Assembly (NCBI GenBank): GCA_902595225.1
Contig: CACJPG010000002.1
Location: 1,151 to 65,150, forward strand
Length of the DNA stretch: 64,000 nucleotides
Direction of reading: 5' to 3'
DNA from: an uncultured Thiothrix sp.
Lineage (GTDB): Bacteria; Pseudomonadota; Gammaproteobacteria; Poriferisulfidales; GCA-002705445
In this document: piece by piece, positions 55,196 to 64,000 of the stretch
How the letters are laid out: each line of letters begins with the position of its first letter
Position numbering within the stretch: the first letter of the stretch is position 1
The notes under the pieces: generated by a model
Databases searched by the model: none
Told to the model about the DNA's origin: nothing
The model's input: only the letters and a program-made list of their open reading frames with translations
Translations under genes and position numbers: made by a program

Positions 55196-56641
55196 ATGAA
55201 AAAAATTATCTGGTTTAGATATGACCTAAGATTAGAAGATAATCAAGCGTTCAATGCATCTACTAAAAACGGTGAAGTTCTCCCAATTTATATTTATGAT
55301 GAAAATTATTGGAGACTGCCAACATCTAGCAGTTTTCATCTTAAATTTGTTGAGGATTCACTTGAAGGCTTGTCTGCAGAACTTTCAAAGCATAAATCAA
55401 AATTACATACATTCTATGGAAATACGCAAGAGATTCTAAAAATCTTAATCGAAAAGTACGGAATTCAAGAGATTTATACAAACAGGGTGATAAAAAATGA
55501 GTTCATTACAAATCTTGATAAAAAATGTGAAGACTTATTTAAAAATAAAGATGTGTTTTGGAAAAAGTATGATCAATTTGGTATTCAAATTAAAAAAAGA
55601 AAAAGAAGTGAATGGGCTAGTCACTGGAACAAATTTATTAATTTGAATCCAGAAGGCACCAAGGTAAATTGTTCTTTTATAGACATTGAATATCGAGATA
55701 TTGAAAAAGTAAAGACAAATCAATTAAAGACAAATTTTATTCAAAGAGGTGGGAGAGCAAGGGGGCAATCATTACTAAATAGCTTCTTATTTGAACGTTC
55801 AGAAAATTATCAATACGAAATGTCATCCCCACTAACTGGCCAGATCTCATGCTCTCGTTTAAGTCCACATATTGCACATGGAACAATTTCTTTGAGAGAA
55901 ATTAATTTTCATTTACAAAACTTATTGCAAAAAAATTTAACAATCAATAACCGCAAATCTCTCAAATCATTTAAAAGTAGACTAGCATGGCACTGTCATT
56001 TTATTCAAAAAATTTATGACGAACCAAGTATCGAAACACATAATATGAATAGAGCATATGACAGCCTGAATCGTGATAATGATGAAAAGAAATTTAATGC
56101 TTGGAAAAATGGACAGACAGGTTTTCCTTTTGTAGATGCCTGCATGAGGTATCTAAAAAATCGGGGCTGGATCAATTTTCGAATGCGAGCGATGCTTGTC
56201 TCTTTTGCATCATATCAGCTTTGGTTAGACTGGAGATTTACTAGTAAACATTTAGCTCAGTTATTTACTGATTACGAACCTGGCATTCACTATTCTCAAT
56301 TCCAAATGCAATCTGGCACAACTGGCATCAATACAATACGGATTTACAATCCAATAAAGCAATCATATGACCAAGACCCAAATGGTAATTTTATAAAAAA
56401 GTGGGTCCCCGAATTGAAACTCATGCCTAAACATTTAATTCATGAACCATGGAAAATTTCCCCAATTGAAAGAGCGGGTCTAGACATTGGTCATAGTAAT
56501 AAATATCCAGGCCCAATAGTTGATAATACTATAACGGCAAGGTCCGCAAGGGAAAAGATTTGGTCAATTAAAAAGACAAATAAAGCAAAAGAGCTTTCAA
56601 AGATTGTGCTCGCTAAGCATGCGAGCATGAAATCGCGCTAA
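55196..56641 (+). CDS. cryptochrome/photolyase-family FAD-binding protein (subclass unresolved)
   Basis: N-terminal [15 protein letters not shown] photolyase alpha/beta domain, [18 protein letters not shown]-terminal FAD_binding_7-like region ending HEPW. The active-site stretch is non-canonical. Confidence 0.8.
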   Translation: MKKIIWFRYDLRLEDNQAFNASTKNGEVLPIYIYDENYWRLPTSSSFHLKFVEDSLEGLSAELSKHKSKLHTFYGNTQEILKILIEKYGIQEIYTNRVIKNEFITNLDKKCEDLFKNKDVFWKKYDQFGIQIKKRKRSEWASHWNKFINLNPEGTKVNCSFIDIEYRDIEKVKTNQLKTNFIQRGGRARGQSLLNSFLFERSENYQYEMSSPLTGQISCSRLSPHIAHGTISLREINFHLQNLLQKNLTINNRKSLKSFKSRLAWHCHFIQKIYDEPSIETHNMNRAYDSLNRDNDEKKFNAWKNGQTGFPFVDACMRYLKNRGWINFRMRAMLVSFASYQLWLDWRFTSKHLAQLFTDYEPGIHYSQFQMQSGTTGINTIRIYNPIKQSYDQDPNGNFIKKWVPELKLMPKHLIHEPWKISPIERAGLDIGHSNKYPGPIVDNTITARSAREKIWSIKKTNKAKELSKIVLAKHASMKSR

Positions 56642-56645
56642 TATA

Positions 56646-57287
56646 TTATCTGCTTCTTTTACTATTGAGCCAATCTATAATAGGTTCAAAATACTCACGA
56701 TCAACTTCGGTCATTGCGGGGCCCATTTCATAGATCCCAAGGCCTTTCTCAGCCCCTCGAATAAAGTTTTGACTGTCCCTAATCATTGTAAGAAATGGAA
56801 TCTTCTGTCTTTCCAAGAAATCATCTAACTCCCAATAAATATTAGTATAGTCTCTTCCTCTATTTGCAACTAAAGCAATTTTTGATTTTTTCTTAACCAC
56901 TCTAGAATGTTTTTTAATATTTTTTATGAAATCTTCCGCCGCTCTCATATCAATAGGCGATGGCAATACTGGGATGATTACACTCTCTGCCATATTTAAA
57001 ACTTTGGTTAGAGCAGCTCCTTGAAGACCCGCGGGTGCGTCTATAATCTTATAATCAACACCTCTCTTAACCTTTTCGCCATAGCCTTTTATACCAATGA
57101 TCGGTGGCTTAGCTGAAGAACGTGCTTTTAGCCAACTTATTGAACTTTGCTGAGCATCCAAATCCACTAAAGCTACTGATTTACCAATTGAGGCGAAGAA
57201 ACTCGCGAGATTTGTTGCAATTGTTGTCTTTCCTGAACCACCCTTTGAATTTAAAACAAGAATTGATCTCATATTTACATTCACCAT
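56646..57287 (-). CDS. orphan ParA/MinD-like P-loop ATPase
   Basis: Deviant Walker A NSKGGSGKTT, Walker A-prime DLDAQ, Walker B IIDAP. The likely true start is the Met at 57272 (GGTGA 8 nt upstream). No ParB-like partner is adjacent. Confidence 0.8.
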   Translation of the reverse strand: MVNVNMRSILVLNSKGGSGKTTIATNLASFFASIGKSVALVDLDAQQSSISWLKARSSAKPPIIGIKGYGEKVKRGVDYKIIDAPAGLQGAALTKVLNMAESVIIPVLPSPIDMRAAEDFIKNIKKHSRVVKKKSKIALVANRGRDYTNIYWELDDFLERQKIPFLTMIRDSQNFIRGAEKGLGIYEMGPAMTEVDREYFEPIIDWLNSKRSR

Positions 57288-57363
57288 TTATTTGTGATTA
57301 TTGAAATCATATTATCATTAAAAAAACCGAGTTTATAATTTTTTTGAAATAAATTTTCAAAAG

Positions 57364-58143
57364 CTATTTAATTTTTAAATCAAAAAAAGAGACAGCTGGA
57401 GCATGGTCTGAGGGTCTTTCGTTTTTTCTTGGGCCAATATCAATATGGCTTTTTGTACATTTATCCGCCAGAGCATTATTTGCTAAAATTAAGTCGATTC
57501 TTAGTCCTCGATTTCTCCTAAAAGCACCAGTTCTGTAATCCCACCAGCTAAATAAGTCTTTTTCTTGCTCAAATAATCTAAATGTATCCCTAAAGCCCAA
57601 ATCAAGGATTTTTTTTAAAGCACCTCTTTCTTTGCTGCTACATAAAATTTTGTCTTTCCATGCTTTTGGGTCGTATACATCTTCATCTTTCGGAGCAATA
57701 TTGAAATCCCCCAATACAACATAATATTTTGTTTTTGCTAAATCTTTCTTTATATGATTTGTAACATCTTTTAGCCAAGCAAGTTTATAATCGTATTTTT
57801 CAGCTCCGACTTCTTGCCCGTTTACAACATAAAGATTCAATACTGACAAATCTTTTCCGTATCTTGTAAGTAAGAACCTTTTTTGGTCTTGCTCTTTTTG
57901 GTTAATCTTTTTTATGGATTCTGTCGGAGGTTTTTTGCTAATTGTTGTAACGCCGTTATATGTTTTTTGGCCAATGAAATCACAAAAAAAGCCTGCTTCT
58001 TCAATTTCTTTTAAAGGAAAATAATTATCTTCTACTTTTGTCTCTTGAATGGCTAGAATATCCACATTACTTTTCTTGAGCCAATCGAGCACTTGTGGCA
58101 GCCTAACTCTCAAAGAATTTACATTCCATGAAGCTATTTTCAT
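57364..58143 (-). CDS. exodeoxyribonuclease III family AP endonuclease (second, ExoA-like paralogue)
   Basis: MKIASWNVNSLR, LAIQETK, GDFNIAP, SDHAP motifs. Confidence 0.9.
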   Translation of the reverse strand: MKIASWNVNSLRVRLPQVLDWLKKSNVDILAIQETKVEDNYFPLKEIEEAGFFCDFIGQKTYNGVTTISKKPPTESIKKINQKEQDQKRFLLTRYGKDLSVLNLYVVNGQEVGAEKYDYKLAWLKDVTNHIKKDLAKTKYYVVLGDFNIAPKDEDVYDPKAWKDKILCSSKERGALKKILDLGFRDTFRLFEQEKDLFSWWDYRTGAFRRNRGLRIDLILANNALADKCTKSHIDIGPRKNERPSDHAPAVSFFDLKIK

Positions 58144-60185
58144 TTCAAACCTAAGCTTTCCAACAGCGGCTCTATTTTAGGTTCCCGGCCTCTAAATTCT
58201 ACAAAAAGTTCCAAGGCGGGCTTGGACCCCCCGGTTTCAAGAATTTTTTTCATGAATTTATCGCCGACTTTTCTATCTACCAATTTTTTCTCTTTAAACG
58301 CCATAAATGCATCTGCGGAAAGAACCTCAGCCCATTTATAACTATAATATCCTGCCGCATAACCTCCTGCGAAAATATGAGCAAAGCTATTCTGGAATTT
58401 ATTGCTTTTATGTGCTGGGATTAGGGATGTCTCTTTTCTGACGTTTTTCAAAACTTTGTCTGCAAGATTGCGTTTATTTTTCGTTTGATCCATATGTAAA
58501 ATGAAATCAAAAAGAGAAAATTCTATTTGCCTTATTAAAGACATGCCGGAATTATAATTTTTTGTGGCTAATAGCTTTTTAAACAAGCTATTTGGTAATT
58601 TTTGCTTTGTTTTATAATGAAATGCGAATGTGTCCAAGACCTTTTTTTCCCAACACCAATTTTCCATGAATTGGCTTGGTAACTCAACAGCATCCCATTC
58701 CACACCGGATATTCCTGATATTCCTGCATAATCAATTTTTGTCAGCATATGCTGAAGGCCATGGCCGAACTCATGAAATAACGTCTCAACATCATAATGC
58801 GTGAAGAAAGCGGGACTTGTTTTTGTTGGGGGGTTTGAATTGCAAGTTATGAAAGCAACTGGCGGCTGAATCGAGCCATTTGACTTGATGCGTCTTTGTA
58901 TACATTCGTCCATCCACGCACCACCTCGTTTTTGTTGTCTAGCATAAAGATCGAAATAAAATTTTCCTCTTAGCTGATTGCTTTTGTCATAAATCTCGTA
59001 GAGCCTTACATCTTTATGCCAAACGTTTTTTGTATTTTTTCTTTTAACTTCTATGCCGTACAGGTTCTTAACAAGCTGAAAAAGTCCATTGATAACATTT
59101 TCTACTGGGAAATATTTTTTCAGCTCTTCTTGAGAGACGCCAAAATTATCTTCTTTATATTTTTCAGCCACGTAAGCTAAATCCCAAGGCTCAAATTTGT
59201 TCATTTTTAATTTATTTTTAGCATATTTTTTTAAAACCAAAAATTCATTTCTAGATTTTCTGATTGCCTTTTTCTTTAAATCATTCAAAAATTTAACAAC
59301 ATCTCCTGGTGTTTTTGCCATTTTTGTTGCCAAGGAATATTCTGCATAATTTTGAAACCCAAGAATTTCTGAAATGAGCTGTCTGAGCTCTAATATCTCT
59401 TCAATTATTTTAGTATTGTCCCATTTTCCTTTTACAGGAAACTCGCTTGATGCTCTGCTTGCATAGGATGTGTAAACCTTCTTTCTTAGAGTTCGATCTT
59501 CCGCGAAAGTCATCACCGCCATGTAGCAGGGTTGGTCCAGCGTAAGAGTGTACCCACTTTGTTTTTTTGACTTTGCTATTTCAGCAGCAGTTTCAATCGC
59601 ATTATTTGGCATTCCCTTAAGCGGCTTTTTTGTTTTAAAATTCAATTCCCACGAGTTTGATGAATCTAAGATGTTTTGCTCAAATTTAGACTCCAAAGTG
59701 GCAAGTTTCTCCTGACTATTTCTAAAAAGTTTTCGATCATCGCCAGTCAAATGAACTCCAGACAAGCGAAAACCTTTCAGAGAGTCAGACAAAAGTTTTC
59801 TTTGTTGTTGGTTTAAATTATTTTTGTGTCTGTTATAAAAATTCTCATATTTTGCATATAACTTACTGTTCTGACCAACTTTTGCATAATGCGAGGTTAG
59901 AAGATTTAATGATTTTTCATACTGCTTTCTTATTTTTGGGCTATTCATTACCGAATTTAGGTGCCTAATAGGAGCCCATGCCTTTGATATTTTGTCATCA
60001 GATTCTTCAAGTTTTTGAATAAAGTTTCCCCAAGTAAGCCTATCTTTTTTTTCTATTTCTTTAATTAATTTTTTGTTCTCATCCACAAGGTATTTGATAG
60101 CAGAAAACATGTGCTCTTCTTTAATTTTTATGAAATTCGGGAGTGATCTTTGCCCCATTAGCACATTTTTTTGGATAGTATTCAT
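58140..60185 (-). CDS. prlC: oligopeptidase A (M3 family)
   Basis: 681 aa. Zinc motif HEFGHGLQH. M3A architecture. Confidence 0.93.
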   Translation of the reverse strand: MNTIQKNVLMGQRSLPNFIKIKEEHMFSAIKYLVDENKKLIKEIEKKDRLTWGNFIQKLEESDDKISKAWAPIRHLNSVMNSPKIRKQYEKSLNLLTSHYAKVGQNSKLYAKYENFYNRHKNNLNQQQRKLLSDSLKGFRLSGVHLTGDDRKLFRNSQEKLATLESKFEQNILDSSNSWELNFKTKKPLKGMPNNAIETAAEIAKSKKQSGYTLTLDQPCYMAVMTFAEDRTLRKKVYTSYASRASSEFPVKGKWDNTKIIEEILELRQLISEILGFQNYAEYSLATKMAKTPGDVVKFLNDLKKKAIRKSRNEFLVLKKYAKNKLKMNKFEPWDLAYVAEKYKEDNFGVSQEELKKYFPVENVINGLFQLVKNLYGIEVKRKNTKNVWHKDVRLYEIYDKSNQLRGKFYFDLYARQQKRGGAWMDECIQRRIKSNGSIQPPVAFITCNSNPPTKTSPAFFTHYDVETLFHEFGHGLQHMLTKIDYAGISGISGVEWDAVELPSQFMENWCWEKKVLDTFAFHYKTKQKLPNSLFKKLLATKNYNSGMSLIRQIEFSLFDFILHMDQTKNKRNLADKVLKNVRKETSLIPAHKSNKFQNSFAHIFAGGYAAGYYSYKWAEVLSADAFMAFKEKKLVDRKVGDKFMKKILETGGSKPALELFVEFRGREPKIEPLLESLGLK

Positions 60186-60206
60186 ACTGACTTATTTACA
60201 CACTTT

Positions 60207-60503
60207 TTACACACATCCGGTTGGCTTTGGCAAGCCTCCGTATTTTGCTATTTTCTTCATCGGGCCAGACTGAAAAATTTCATAGAGTTTTGATGCTTTT
60301 CTGTCCATGCCAAATTGTTTTGCAAAATCTCGTATTGCAGGGACAGTGCCATTCTCACTATACATTTCTCTTGCTTTAAGGATATAGTTTTTTATCTCAT
60401 CAGTTATCTCAAAGTCGTCAGCCTGTGCCATTTGATACATTACCTCTTCAGACCAATCATCTATGCTTAGCAAAAAACCATCCCCGTCTCTATTTAATTC
60501 CAT
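60207..60503 (-). CDS. tusE: TusE/DsrC-family sulfur-relay protein
   Basis: About 98 aa with the invariant C-terminal arm GGLPKPTGCV. Only the terminal Cys is present, which is TusE-like rather than DsrC-like. Confidence 0.8.
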   Translation of the reverse strand: MELNRDGDGFLLSIDDWSEEVMYQMAQADDFEITDEIKNYILKAREMYSENGTVPAIRDFAKQFGMDRKASKLYEIFQSGPMKKIAKYGGLPKPTGCV

Positions 60504-60527
60504 TTGGTTAACCTCACTTGAGTTTCT

Positions 60528-63958
<3,431 letters not shown>

Positions 63959-63959
63959 T

Positions 63960-64000
63960 CTAGAGCCTCAAGGGCATTACAACGTATCTTGAATCAGGGT
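63960..64000 (-). CDS. dnaN: DNA polymerase III beta sliding clamp (3-prime end only)
   Basis: The minus strand reads ...PDSRYVVMPLRL-stop, the canonical DnaN C-terminus. The stop lies 1 nt before the recF ATG. Confidence 0.8.
   Translation of the reverse strand, partial: PDSRYVVMPLRL

Noticed and set aside
60186-60215. Direct repeat TTACACAC...TTACACAC, considered as DnaA-box-like (TTATNCACA) because the window is origin-proximal.
   Set aside because: Neither copy matches the DnaA box well, and one copy is simply the TusE C-terminal codons plus stop. No cluster of boxes or AT-rich 13-mers typical of oriC is present; oriC is presumably beyond the right edge near dnaA.

Overview
This window reads as one contiguous piece of a small, very AT-rich, tightly packed gammaproteobacterial-type chromosome. 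Ni-SOD, many 4-26 nt gene overlaps and near-zero spacers suggest a streamlined marine lifestyle, but I cannot name the organism from sequence alone. The right edge is origin-proximal: the last 41 nt are the 3-prime end of dnaN, followed on the minus strand by recF and gyrB. I count about 68 protein genes and 1 tRNA. I found no rRNA, CRISPR array, transposase, integrase, phage gene or recognisable defence or toxin-antitoxin module. Most of the content is core housekeeping: heme (hemE, hemB, hemF), shikimate (aroK, aroB, aroE), hisBHAFE, tatABC, def-fmt-trkAH, topA, gyrB, dnaG-rpoD, gltB, PBP1A and cell-wall turnover genes. The two porin genes are visibly GC-richer than their surroundings, as expected for highly expressed genes. 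I did not find a clear-cut novel multi-gene system. The best leads, in order, are these. (1) A glutamine riboswitch (glnA RNA motif) with its own promoter and an unusual repeat-built expression platform in front of gltB. (2) A roughly 140-nt three-helix RNA structure with two anti-SD-like loops and a U7 tail between a porin gene and an FMN-binding-domain gene. (3) That RNA lies inside a PepSY-like / ApbE / FMN_bind / porin cluster that looks like an extracytoplasmic flavin-dependent reductase. (4) An unannotated 59-codon His-rich membrane peptide is translationally coupled to sodN-sodX. (5) A conserved but functionally unsolved operon encodes a circularly permuted ATP-grasp protein, an alpha-E protein and a transglutaminase. 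(6) Two tandem lipoproteins share a 4-Cys C-terminal module and sit beside a 441-bp leader region of the second porin. All coordinates not taken from the ORF track were counted by hand and could be off by 1-2 nt.
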